Shown piece after piece: positions 11,601-22,899 of a stretch of DNA of 64,000 bases. Every line of letters begins with the position of its first letter. Within the stretch, counting starts at the first letter, position 1. Source of the DNA: Klebsormidium nitens (taxonomy: Eukaryota; Plantae; Klebsormidiophyceae). The stretch lies in the NCBI GenBank assembly GCA_000708835.1, contig DF236986.1, forward strand, positions 62,001 to 126,000, given 5' to 3'. Made by a program: the position numbers and the translations under genes. The notes beneath the pieces are model-generated. The model saw only the letters and a program-made list of their open reading frames with translations, was not told the origin of the DNA and did no database searches.

Positions 11601-14600
11601 TGAAGACTGGCGAGCACGTTGTGGCCTCCAACCGGTGAGCCCCTGTGATGCGGCCCCGCAGGGGAAGAATGGTCATAGCTTCCGATTTGCTTTGGTGTTT
11701 CAGAAACAAGGTGGGTTGATGGCTTCTGAAGAGCAAACCTTCGGGCGGTTCAGAGCTTCGTGCTCTTTGCTGCGCAAAACTCCAAACATTGTCGGAAGCA
11801 GAGTCCTCGATCACTTCGGCACCGTGTCAGGGTGTCTTGCATGCATGTCATGTGAAGTGATCCTGCCAGCACATAACCTCGTTGTCTTTCTGCGCCTTTG
11901 CTGTAGCTTCAGGCCTCATTGGGCCTTTCCCTCGTCATTAGTCGCAGTCTTGCGGCAGTTGGTCTTCCTTACCACTGCCGTCCAGAGAGTAAAGTCAAAC
12001 TTCCATTATTGCACCAAATTTGATCTTTGTTTGAGACGCTTACCAACGGTGTCCTTGGCAGATTGTACGGCGGCACCTTCGCCCTCTTCCACGACCTGCT
12101 GCCGCGGATGGCGGGCATTCACACCACGTTCGTGGACATCGTGGACACGGGCAAGGTGCGGGAGGCGCTGCACAGCACGGGGTGAGTTACTGGGTTGTGC
12201 AACTGTCAGGACTCTGCGTTTCTGAAAGTGTCTTTCGACCGATTTTGGAGAGAAAACGGTCGACGATCCTGGAAAAATATTATGTTGAACATCTTCATCT
12301 GTTCAAAGTTTTTCTGACTGGGAATCCGGAGTTGCGGAAGGACCAGAGTCTCACTTCTGAGGGTGATTTAAGCCAAGGTCGGGGTGAGAGCCTTGAATTT
12401 GATTTGGCCCATCCGTCCTAGTCCACCTAACCAGAGCTCCGACTCATTGTGATCCGTACCACGCCTCTGAAAGACGGTCTTGTCCATCTATCTTGTCCAC
12501 CGTCCTTTCATTCGGCTTGATTCACTCGCCTTGCTGTTCTATGACAGGTATCAAAACGTCGTTTCCATCTACTAACTTCCTCCTTCTCCTGTTACGCGTG
12601 TCTGCACAATCTTTCATTTTCGTCAGAAGACGAGGTATACGCGTTGTGTCTACAGCTGGGTGGCTTTGACATGGTCTGACACCGCATTTTCATCTTTTTG
12701 TGTCTGGGGGGCAATGATGGTCGTATTGAAGAACTGATTGTTGAGCTCAACAAGAGTTTTCGTTTGCGAAGTGTGAGAGCCGTGACTTGGTCAACCTCCA
12801 GTCTCAAGCGGACTTCAAAATGGCCGCTTTTAACGTAAGCCCATGCTTCAGTACTTTCCATTCTGCCTGCAAGTTCACTCGCTGTGAACTGCAGCAATCG
12901 TGTTCAATCCGCTTCATTTGTCTCCTCTTGTGAACGAGGTCCCAAGAGTAGCCTTGCCACTAGAAGCATGTTTGCAATTCCTGTAGGATTTTGCCCGGTC
13001 CTGGTTGTTTTCCGGGACCTCTAGTCCAACACATCTGTCGAGGGCATCTGGTAAGGTCATGATGGACGTGACCTTGGGAGAGCGAGCTCAGTACCGTAAG
13101 CTTTGTCCTGCAAAGCCGTGGATCACGTGTGCTTTGCACCAAGAGATAACGCGGCTTGCAAATTGCTTATTTTGATTGGTACGTTAAACTCTTTCTCGGC
13201 GGATGTGGAGCTTGAATGTTCCGCTGGACGCTCTCGTAGGCGTTGTTTGCTTGAATCAAGGCCGTAGCAGATAGGGGATGGCACATTAACGTAGCTCATA
13301 TCTTGGTCCACTAGTAGGCCTTGCCCTATGTTGCCAAGCGTCGCTCTTGACTTAAGTCCTGTCGACTCTCAGGGGAAAATGTTTATGTTCAACTTGTAAT
13401 CATCCCATATTTGTCAAGTGCATTTTTGTTGACCTGTTACAAGCGACATTGAACGGCTTGCTTGCACGGCGGGCCGAGCTGTGGCAAAGAAGCTGAACAA
13501 TCACAAGTCGAAGAGCGAAACCAGTACGTAGGTATCTCAGGCGGCCGCTTCTAGGGGGTTATATATTTGCTGGCTGAATGAAAAGCAGAAGTGGCTAGTA
13601 GTACCTGGGTATGTTCTCACCAAAGTCGCTCTTGGTCGTTCTGGCAATGATGAGAGAGCTCTGGTTTGAGCTCGCAAGCTCAACCTCCCACTGTCGCTTA
13701 GTTGAAGCCAGAGTCTCGGCCATCGCTGTTGTCTCGTTTTCCTGAAACTTCACCAGGTTGTCTTTGCTCGTTCCAAGGCTGTGAAGAGGGTTGCCAAGAA
13801 GAACAGAGTCTTGTCTGCTGGGCGAGTACCGTTGGGTGACTTTTGCTAGGTTTGCTTCTGGCTGCTGACTTTTGTGCCGGCCGTTCATGTAGCACCGTAA
13901 TCTGGTCCTAGGCCAAATATATAGTGCAACACCATGTTGAGGGCATTTGAAATGGCAATGATGGGCTTGCCAGGGAGCCGCTAGCTCAACGGGGCTATGA
14001 TCGCTTCCGTCTAAAGCCGTGTATTGTTTGTACGCACATGACCATGATACGATGCTGCTGAGGTCTGGTTCGCTTCTGCGTCTTCTAATAGTGTCTTTTT
14101 GGCGTTGTCCACTTGATGTTGGTAGAGAATGAAAAGGCGGACGGCTGTGGTCACATCCAGAGATTGTGCAAAAGATCGGGCAATTGCAGAAGGTAATTGT
14201 TAATGGTACTTTGTCAATCGACATAACGCAGCCGTCACGCAGCGTTTTGGCACCGTTGCCTAGGATCCAGCTTTTTATTCAGTGGACCTGCTGAACAAAG
14301 CGATGCTGTGGTGAACATTTCATTGCAGAGCTGTGCAGGATCTCGGTTTACGGTTTGCTTTCTCTTCAGTACATTTCTTCACTTTCTTCATTGGTGTCCG
14401 TTGGTGTCCGTTTTGGGTGTCGAAAGGAATGACGCACTACGAACATCGAGATAATTTTGAAGGCATTTTCTGGTCTTGATCAGGGTCATGACGATCGGAA
14501 ATGGGATATCAATCTCATTCGTGTTGGCTTTATGTCGTAACCCTTCGATCAGGCTATTGTCTACCAATCTGTGGTCAGTTGTTGCTTTGAAAGTGCTCGA

Positions 14601-17600
14601 GGTTCGATCATTACGCGCAGGTACCTTCCCTGATTCAGTAACTGATTGATTCTTGATACCAATCAGAGTTTCGTGTCAGTCCCTTGATATTAGTGCAACG
14701 CAACATCAAACGTCTTGCTGTGCTTGGGTTGTTTGGATTGAGCGCGGTTGCAATCACTAGGCATTCCGTTCAGACTTTCATTGGCATTTGAGACCTGCTC
14801 GCTTTTCCAAACGCCATTTGGCTTGGCGTTTTTTGGAGATGCGTCTACGCATAGGTTCGATCATCTTTTGTGGCGGTGATGGGAGTGTTCTTAAGCTCGC
14901 GAGCTCATTGAGCGAATCCGGACTTCAGCAGAGGCCAGAAACAGGGCAGGAGAGTGCACTGTTGGTGTCACAAGCCCCGAAGTACAACAGGCACTCGATT
15001 GTTCGCAAGCTATGTTTTCTTGCCCCAACCTTGTTCAAGACAGCCGTGGTCTCTCGATACTTGTTCTCGAGCATTTTAAAAAGCATGCCAACAAACTTGG
15101 CAGGAGACACTTTCTGGTGTGTGACTGGATAATTCGGTCAGCCGAAATTGATGCTCAACTTTACTCGCTGAACATCACCTTGAGGGTCTCGAAACCTTAA
15201 GGCCATTGGCTCTCAATTGCTTTCAAGCTTTTGTAAGTGACTTTGTACTTTGGTGAGAAAACCAGGATGAGCGAGAGGGTTACTCTACTTCCTAAGGAGG
15301 AAGGTCATGTCGACCGCTTGTGATAATTAAGCGGGAGGTTGGTCGTTTACATGTGAAAAGTACCATTCTGCAAACACGTTACGGCAATGAAGAGATGAAA
15401 TTCGAGCTTCCAAGCTCACCTTCCTCTTGTCTCGTCGACGTTTCCTGACGCCGTTTTCTCCTGACGCCGTTTTCACTCCGATGGTATCTTATTGCTTGAC
15501 GGTCAAGTCCTCATTCTTTGTGGACAGTGTTTGCTTCGTGCAAGTTCTATTGTTGTCGTGTTACAAGGACACTTCCTAGTCTGGTCACTAGCCTTGATTG
15601 AGGATGTTTTGAGAACCTCTTGCTGAGCATTTAAACGGTGACCAGGGCTGTAATGCCTTAAACCTAAAAAATCAGCGACACATCCGAATTCTTTCTACCC
15701 GATAAGCAGCCGCTTTTCTCTCTCTCTCTGCCAATCAGCGTGCCAATCACGTCGATTTTCGTCAGCTTTTGCACTTTACCTGCTTACGTCCGAGTGTCTC
15801 CAAGGTGTTCCTGCATAATTATCCTCTTTGTTGATATTCCTTGCCACCTGGTTCTATTAAATTTTCAGTGACACCCACCTTTTCTTTGCAGTGCCAAGGT
15901 GTTGTTCCTGGAGACGATGTCGAACCCCACGCTAGTGGTGCCGGACCTTCCGGTGCTGGCGGCCATGGCCCACGAGCGCGGCGCAAAGGTAAGGAGCTTT
16001 ACGTGGTCTTCATTGGTGCTACGGCTTACCGGAAGACTGTGGCCAAAATATTAAGGACTTTCAGGTGGTTCTTACTCGCGCTAAGACTCAGCGGGGTAGT
16101 GCGATTATGTTGCATTCAGATTTTGAGACACGTGGACGACAACGGAACGCGTACGGTGCTTTCAACAGAGGGCTATTTTCATGCCATATCGTTCAATCCC
16201 CCGAACCGGCATTCCTCTACTGACAGTTCCGAGAGCCAAGGCGGATCTGACGGAGAGTGATGGATTTTCCTCGAGGAATCATGGTCGATCATTGTTCCTA
16301 AGCGGTCAGGGAAGCTGCCAACTTTCTTGGCATTTCTTTCTTTTACGTTGAACTGATATACTCTTGGCCAAGCGGCGCTCTTTATATTCCAAACGCAGGC
16401 TTTCGTGAGAAGGCCGACACATGTACTTCACCTCCCGTGAATCGCCAGGCTCGTGAAAAAAGAGAGGCGGAGCTGGGGACTCAAAGCTCAAATAAAAGAA
16501 TGAATAAATTGGAATTCTCAGGTGATCGTTGACAACACTTTCGCCCCCCTGGTGGTGTCGCCCGCCCGCTTCGGCGCTGACGTCGTCATCCACTCGCTCA
16601 CCAAGTTCATCAGCGGCGGGTCTGACGTCATCGCAGGTGAGGTTCTGCATCTCACCAGCTCAAATCAGCAAACTGTTGATCTGTCAAATCGAAAGTCTTG
16701 GGTCAACCTAAGAGGTAACAATCTTTGACCCTGTATTAGAACCCTTCTCTCATGGCTCGGTCAACTTAAAGTACGCTTATCTGACTGGCTCACTAGCTCT
16801 TTTGAAAGTCCGCTCATGCTCAGGCCACCTGATTTCAGCCTGATCGACGTGGGTTCGAACAAGGCATATAGGTCGCACGCCAACCGAGTTCACTGTTCGA
16901 TGCAAGCCGTTCGATCATATATGGACCGAGTAGAGCACGAATTGCAGCTTCAAACAGGACTCTGGGAACCTTTAGATAAAGCTAACAATATGATCTTACT
17001 GTGTTACAGGCGTTGTGTGCTCGTCTGCGGCGTTCATTCAGGAGCTGATGGACCTCCACATGGGCACGCTCATGCTGCTCGGGGCGACCATGAACCCGGC
17101 CGTCGCCTCACAGGTAAGTTCAAAGCGCTTAAGGTTGACTTTGTCGGACCTCCTGGCGACCGGAGAGAACGGCATACCACTTTCTTGATCGCTTTCTGAT
17201 CTGACACACTCATGCTGCTGGGAGCGACCATGAATCCGGCCGTCGCCTCGCAGGTAAGTCTCTGGCGCTTAGGGTTGACTTAGTGGGAACGGGCCCTTTC
17301 AGGCGACCGTAGGGGCGGCATAGCGTGTTTGGCTTTCTGGCCTGCCACGATCGTGCTGCTCGGGGCGACCATGAACCCGGCCGTCGCCTCGCAGGCAAGT
17401 CTGGGGCGGTCTTTGTGAAGAGGGGCCTTTGTTAGCAACCGAAGAGGGCGGCAGAGCATAATTTTGGTCGCTTTCTGACCTGCCACGCTCATGTTTCTTG
17501 GGGCGACCATGATCTCGGCTACCGCGTCACAGGGCTGCTTAACTTGCTTTGTAGGCAGGGTCCTTCTCGACGACCGGGAATGGCGGAAAATCGCTTTCGG

Positions 17601-20323
17601 GGTTGCTTCTGACCTGCCGCGTGCCTGAGTTTCGCGACCGTAGCAGCGCTACTGCTGAATGGAAACGTGCCCACAGATTCTCCGTGGCCCTCTTGAAAGT
17701 CGGGCCTGCGTCAGCCTAGGATGTGGGTATCAAATGAAGCTTTTCGGGTTCGGAAAGTCACGCTTCCTTTCCAAGTCGCCGGTCCTGGAACGCGGTTCGC
17801 GTCGATGCCATTCCGCAGAAATGGCGGCAGCGAAACGTGTACGGGTATTCTGAGTTTTGCTATTTTCATTCGCCAATCTCGCGCATTCTTCGCACAGTTG
17901 TCTGGTCGGCTGCCGCACCTGGCCCTGCGTATGCGCGAGCACTGCCACCGCGCCCAGGTCTTCGCAGGTGAGACTGCCACGTGGCGTCACCCGGTTTATG
18001 ATGATGTATATTCAAGGGAACACAGATTTCGGGATACTGTCTTGCGTTGTCGAAATTGTCTACGGCGAGAAGCTTCAAAGGCTTGGTCGCTTGTCAGATC
18101 AAAAGTGTAGCCCGGGCTAAGTGTTTGCGGGGGTGCCAGAATATTCAGACTTGACGAGTGGATTGTGGATGTGTTTTTGACGTCGTATTTCGAGGCAACC
18201 TTGTCTTCAGAGGTGACTTGTCCGAACAAGCAATCCTCCAGGAGCGCGCTCCTTTCTTTCTTCGTATGTATTGTTCCCTCCTCTGGCTTCGATAAGCAAG
18301 ACTGGCTTATTAACCAGATCTGAGCGCGGCCGTGTCTTGAAACGTGATTATCGAACGGTCTGCTGTTGTGCTGTGCAGAGCGTCTGGCGGACCTGGGGAT
18401 GCGCGTAGTGTACCCGGGGCTCAAGAGGTGAGCGGCTTCCGCCTTTTCTGTATCGTACGACGCCATGCTGATGTTACAGGATACTTTATGCTACTCATTT
18501 CCGCGGTCGTCCGAAGTAGGGCAAGCTTGAAGCTGCTGGCAGAAATTGAGCATTGTGATTGGACTGATGGGTGCGGCTTTGTCAGCTGACGTCAGCATCC
18601 AAGGCCGACGGCGTCAGATAGCCGACGTTGTACATCCGGACGGCAGTTTCGCGATTGGCTTCTCATCGTTTTATACCTTCTTTTTCCACTCCCTATGACG
18701 CCGGTTATCGAGCGGTGCGCCTCCCAGATGCCCATGCTCGCTTAGCCGCTTCGTGTTCACCTAGGAAATTCGGCAGACAATCCTTCAGATTCTTAACTTC
18801 AAAATCCGCATTTATCGTAGCCTCATATTGATGTCTCGTGCTTCTTTCTTCTGCAGCCACTCCCAGCACGAGATCCTGGCCCGGCTGCGCAACCGGGGCT
18901 ACGGGTGGGGCGGCCTGCTGGGCCTGGACCTGGGCTCGCTGGACGCCGCGAACAAGCTCCTGGACTACCTCCAGAACAACAGCCAGTTCGGCCTCATGGC
19001 CGTGTCGCTTGGCTACCATGTAAGCTATCTTCGTTCGTAGTTTTCAATTATTGAAAACTACGAACTACTTTGCTGCGCAAGTCTTCCCGCGCGCTTTCTT
19101 CATGCGCCCTTTCCGTGCGTTCAGCCCCGTCTGGCAGCCGAAGAAAGAGACTTTCGAAGTTGACACCATCAGTATATTCCAAAATCAGAAGGCGTTCCAC
19201 TCGCATCTACGAGATTGACGGTGCCTTTCAAATCCGAGCGTTCAGCTTTTAAAGGTGACTCAAGGCCGGGCTACTTGCGAGGATCTTCACAATCTCTTAC
19301 GCAAGTCTTCCTCAGATGCGTGGCGTCCGCTGCCAAACTGTTTGCTGGTATGTTACATACGCCGGGCCACTGGCAAGACCTGTGCTCCAGTTGAAACCCT
19401 ATGCTTCGACAACACGAGTTTCTCGACGTGATCCTCTAGCTATGCCCCCCGGTTGAAGGAGACTGTTGCACATAAAAAAAAGCGTAGCTTTCAAGATTCG
19501 TTTCGACGCTGACGGAGATTCCGCTTCTCTCGCATTTGCAGGACACGTTGATGAGTTGCAGTGGCGGCAGCACATCCAGTGAGGTAAGCTCAGTTCTTAC
19601 TCGCTTGTGATTCATGGCTTTATTGGTAGCCCTGTCAAAAAAGGTTCATCGTTCGATAATCTGCGGTTGTAAAGAAAGAGTGCTATTCTCAGCACGACCT
19701 GGGACTGCCCGCACCTTGCCTACTCACGAAGTAGTGATCGCAAGAAGGTAGAAGATCCCAATACCCACAGAACGCGACGTGGTCTGTTGTGCAAACCCGT
19801 TCTGTTTTTAGTTATCTGTTATCGTTTCCGCTGTTCCTGGGTTTCTGAACCTTCGTAATCAACCGGCGATGGTGCCAACCCCCCGGCCAATGTCGGGCTA
19901 CCTTGCAACCCCGCAACTAAGCAATGAGACCGCCTGAAAAGCCTTGCATACAGCATCGAAAGTCTTGTCCGCTTCGATTGTCTGCCGCAAGCGCTCAGCA
20001 ACTGCTCTTCTGCTTTTGTTTGCATACTGTCGCTGTAACAACCTTACTTTCACCCCTGCTAGGAGCTTGCGCAGTTCCTTTCAAAATCATATACCACCAG
20101 AGGCATCCGATGCGAATATCCCCTCGCCGCCCAAGGCCAGCAAGTGGTTGCTTGACGCATTGCTGACGGAATTCCTGCGCAGATTCCGCCTGACGCCCAG
20201 GAGGAGGCCGGCCTGTCCCCGGGCTACGTCCGGGTGTCGGTTGGATTTACCGGGGCGCTGGAGCAGCGCTGGGAGCAGCTGCACAAGGCCCTGTTGGACC
20301 TGAAGCTCATCCCGGGGCAGTGA
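8629..20323 (+). CDS. MGL: Methionine gamma-lyase (PLP-dependent Cys/Met metabolism family, plant type), ~544 aa
   Basis: 15 GT-AG exons, phases consistent: 8629-8947, 9890-10027, 10363-10406, 10719-10751, 11131-11207, 11512-11634, 12062-12181, 15892-15988, 16522-16636, 17010-17113, 17898-17967, 18379-18427, 18857-19019, 19542-19583, 20183-20323. Motifs RHEFGEHGGVNMS, YSRHFNPTV, SGMAAI, DNTFAP, HSLTKFISGG (PLP lysine), AVSLGY, GYVRVSVG. Start codon uncertain (alternative ATG at 8767). Confidence 0.95.
12592..15200 (-). mobile_element. Probable decayed Mutator-like (MULE) transposase relic inside MGL intron 7
   Basis: Stop-riddled minus-strand frames. SWIM-type zinc finger CNCPIFCTISGCDH at 14147-14188 and motif SNANESLN at 14768-14791 resembling MULE T(S/N)NxxESxN. 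No TIR or TSD found; boundaries approximate. Confidence 0.45.
17063..17620 (+). repeat. ~140-bp tandem repeat of MGL exon 10 3' end plus donor
   Basis: CACGCTCATGCTGCTCGGGGCGACCATGAACCCGGCCGTCGCCTC.CAG ends at 17113 (real, GTAAGT), 17253 (GTAAGT), 17394 (GCAAGT) and 17532 (GG). A partial fifth unit lies near 17590-17620. Confidence 0.9.
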
Positions 20324-21713
20324 CCGCCCGGCAGAACGGTTGACCAACTTCGGGTTCACGAGGCCTGTCTTGGTCCGTGCATATGTAAGTACGCTGTATA
20401 TGCAGGTAGTATATACAACAGGTTCTGTACAAAACGATACTGACCCAGAGAGAGCATAAGGTATATATCTAGGACGTTTAGGAGTCCCTTGGGTGTGAGG
20501 CTTCGCCTTCGGCAAAAGGAAGAACAGGATGGACCGCAACGGGTGCTTGGGGTCCGGGAAGAGAAGAGTGACGAGAACCTGTTTTGTCTTGTACATACCT
20601 CACCGTCAAGCTGATAGACTTCAATGAAAACTCGGCCGCCCAGAAATCATAGCAACATCTCCGCGATCTTCTTAGGTGAAGCTTGGCCTGTAGAATGGAA
20701 TTTGTGTTTCATAGTCACTGACGTGCAGGGGACTGAATTAGAATCAACGAGTAGGATAGTGACAGGATGACCTTAGCGCTGCTAAGTATCGCCTCGCTCG
20801 CGCTCAAGCCAGACTGGATTGTCATAGCGTTTAGTTGCGTAACACTGCTTTCAAAGATTGCATATGGTGTTAAAACTGTTATAACGGTTCTGCGTGTTTT
20901 GTTTATCCCTCGCGCTTCCTCCTTTCGCATCATCAGAAATTACTTTCTCCACATTTTGATTCTGCTCCGAAGCTTTTCTTGTTTTTTATCTCTTAAAGCA
21001 GAATTTTGTGGCGGCATATATCGAAACTGAAGGCTGAGTGCATCGGTCCTCCAGTGGATCGACAGTTGAGAATCGTTTGCTTGCTGGGCTGAGTCGTTTC
21101 GCGGGCTATTCGACGACTGATGCACACGCCGGACTGGCGTCGGAACAAAAAAAACAAGCTGAAATGACAGCGCAGAGTTTGTCGAGTGAACGCAAGTGAA
21201 TCAAAATGGAAAGACTTGAGTCAGAATTTTTCTTTTACTCCCTCTTTATCTCCAGAAGGAACCACGGCCATGAGATGCTTGTTACTGGGCTTTCGAGGTC
21301 GAGCCCATTAATCGCCTGGAACGGTCGCTCTGACGCCGTCAATCTCGAACTATTCTAGATACATAAGGCTTCAGCGGGAAAGTAACTCCCCTTAAAAACC
21401 TGGCAAGAGATGTTCTGTCCGCTGCATGTGAGTCAGGATTCTTGCTCGCATGCATGTGATCATAGTGCCAAGGCATTACACTACCATGAAGTGAACAGGA
21501 AAAGAGGGGTGCAGGCAAAGCCTTCAAGATAAAAGGAGAAGCAGCCCATGCAGTCAGGAGCAGCGACGAAACTGGTGGTCTGCAGGCGAGCTGGCTTCAG
21601 CACTGTCGACAGAAACTAGGCGACAGTATATTTTATCGCCAAATAACAGACTTTTTGGTATTGTCTGAGAACAATCTTCAGAAAATATCTTTCTATTTTC
21701 TGGGGGGGGATTT

Positions 21714-21877
21714 GTGGTGCCTGAGATGCCCCCAATTGTTGTTCGGTGCCCCAAGCGCTTTTGGGCGTTGGCGCCTTCGGGCGTCGGCGGTTTTGGCCGT
21801 CAGCAGTTTCGGCCTTTTTGCGGCTTTGGCCGTAGGGGCTGAAAAGACTTGCCGACAGACAGCATCTGAGGCACCAC
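21714..21877. repeat. Short inverted repeat pair, possible MITE-like insertion
   Basis: GTGGTGCCTGAGATGC (21714-21729) vs GCATCTGAGGCACCAC (21862-21877), 15/16 complementary. The region appears absent from the paralogous segment near 41.4-41.5 kb. No TSD seen. Confidence 0.35.
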
Positions 21878-22899
21878 TGCAAACCTTTTTGCTCTCAACG
21901 GATCTCTTTAGTGACATGATCAAACTGGATGCAAACTTTGCTGAAATGCTTGATGGGGATGTCACTTTGGCTCAAATTATAGTATTCCCCGTCTTTCCTC
22001 TGCGTGTAGGTGCGGCCGGTTCGCGCTCATTTCACAAAACACAAGTCCTGTGGATTTGAAAACCTGACGTAAAGTGCAAAGGCTGGCTCAGGTGAAGAAA
22101 TTTTGGATTCGTTGTGTCACACGAGTCCGAATTTCCGGACAGGATCGAACTTCATCCACGCACGCGCTAGCCTAAGACAATGGTCGGCCTTCCATAAGAG
22201 TGGCCGGTCAGTATTTTGGCTGCGTCACGCGAACGCCCTTCTGAAGAATCGGAATATCTCAGCGCTTCGTGCCTCCTCGTCACACTCTTTATGTGCTGCT
22301 CCTTCGCCGACTTCCGATTGCCGACTTTCTGCCTTGAGAGATTTGTTCGGCTTTCCTCTCGCCGGTCTGGAGCTTTCGAAGGTCGAGTCGTCCTTCATGT
22401 ATCCTAACACAGGGCGGATCATTCATGCATCTTTTCATCTCCAGCCGATGCTTTTGAGTCCCAGCTAGGTGGCGTGCAAGCACTCTCAGCTTTTGGGTCT
22501 GACGTGTGCCATTGCCTGTTCGGGCAGACCATTTAAAGCCATGAATGTGCTGCTCACCAAATGAGTCAACATCGGACGATGTGGCTCAGAAGCTCCCAGA
22601 CTTCACCCGGCACTGAAGCCGAAATTAGGACGCGAATCAAATGTCAAGTTTAGAAAAGCTTAGAGACTGCCAAGGTCTGTATTGAGTTAACGGGCACATG
22701 AACGAAACATCACTACTTTGCTGTACGCGATTAATGAAAGGATCTTATAAGATGAAAAAGTTGCTACGATTCTCTTTCGTTTGACCGCCAGTTCGTTCAT
22801 CGTGCCTGGATATCACAAATATGCTGTCTGAGGTGCTCTGTGCTTGCGCATCAATCGTCGGACCGTTACAGCCAAGCCAGGCTGATGACGTGGGCACTC

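Noticed and set aside
11506-12225. 239-aa plus-strand ORF
   Set aside because: Overlaps MGL exons 6-7 by read-through of the intron; better explained by the spliced model.
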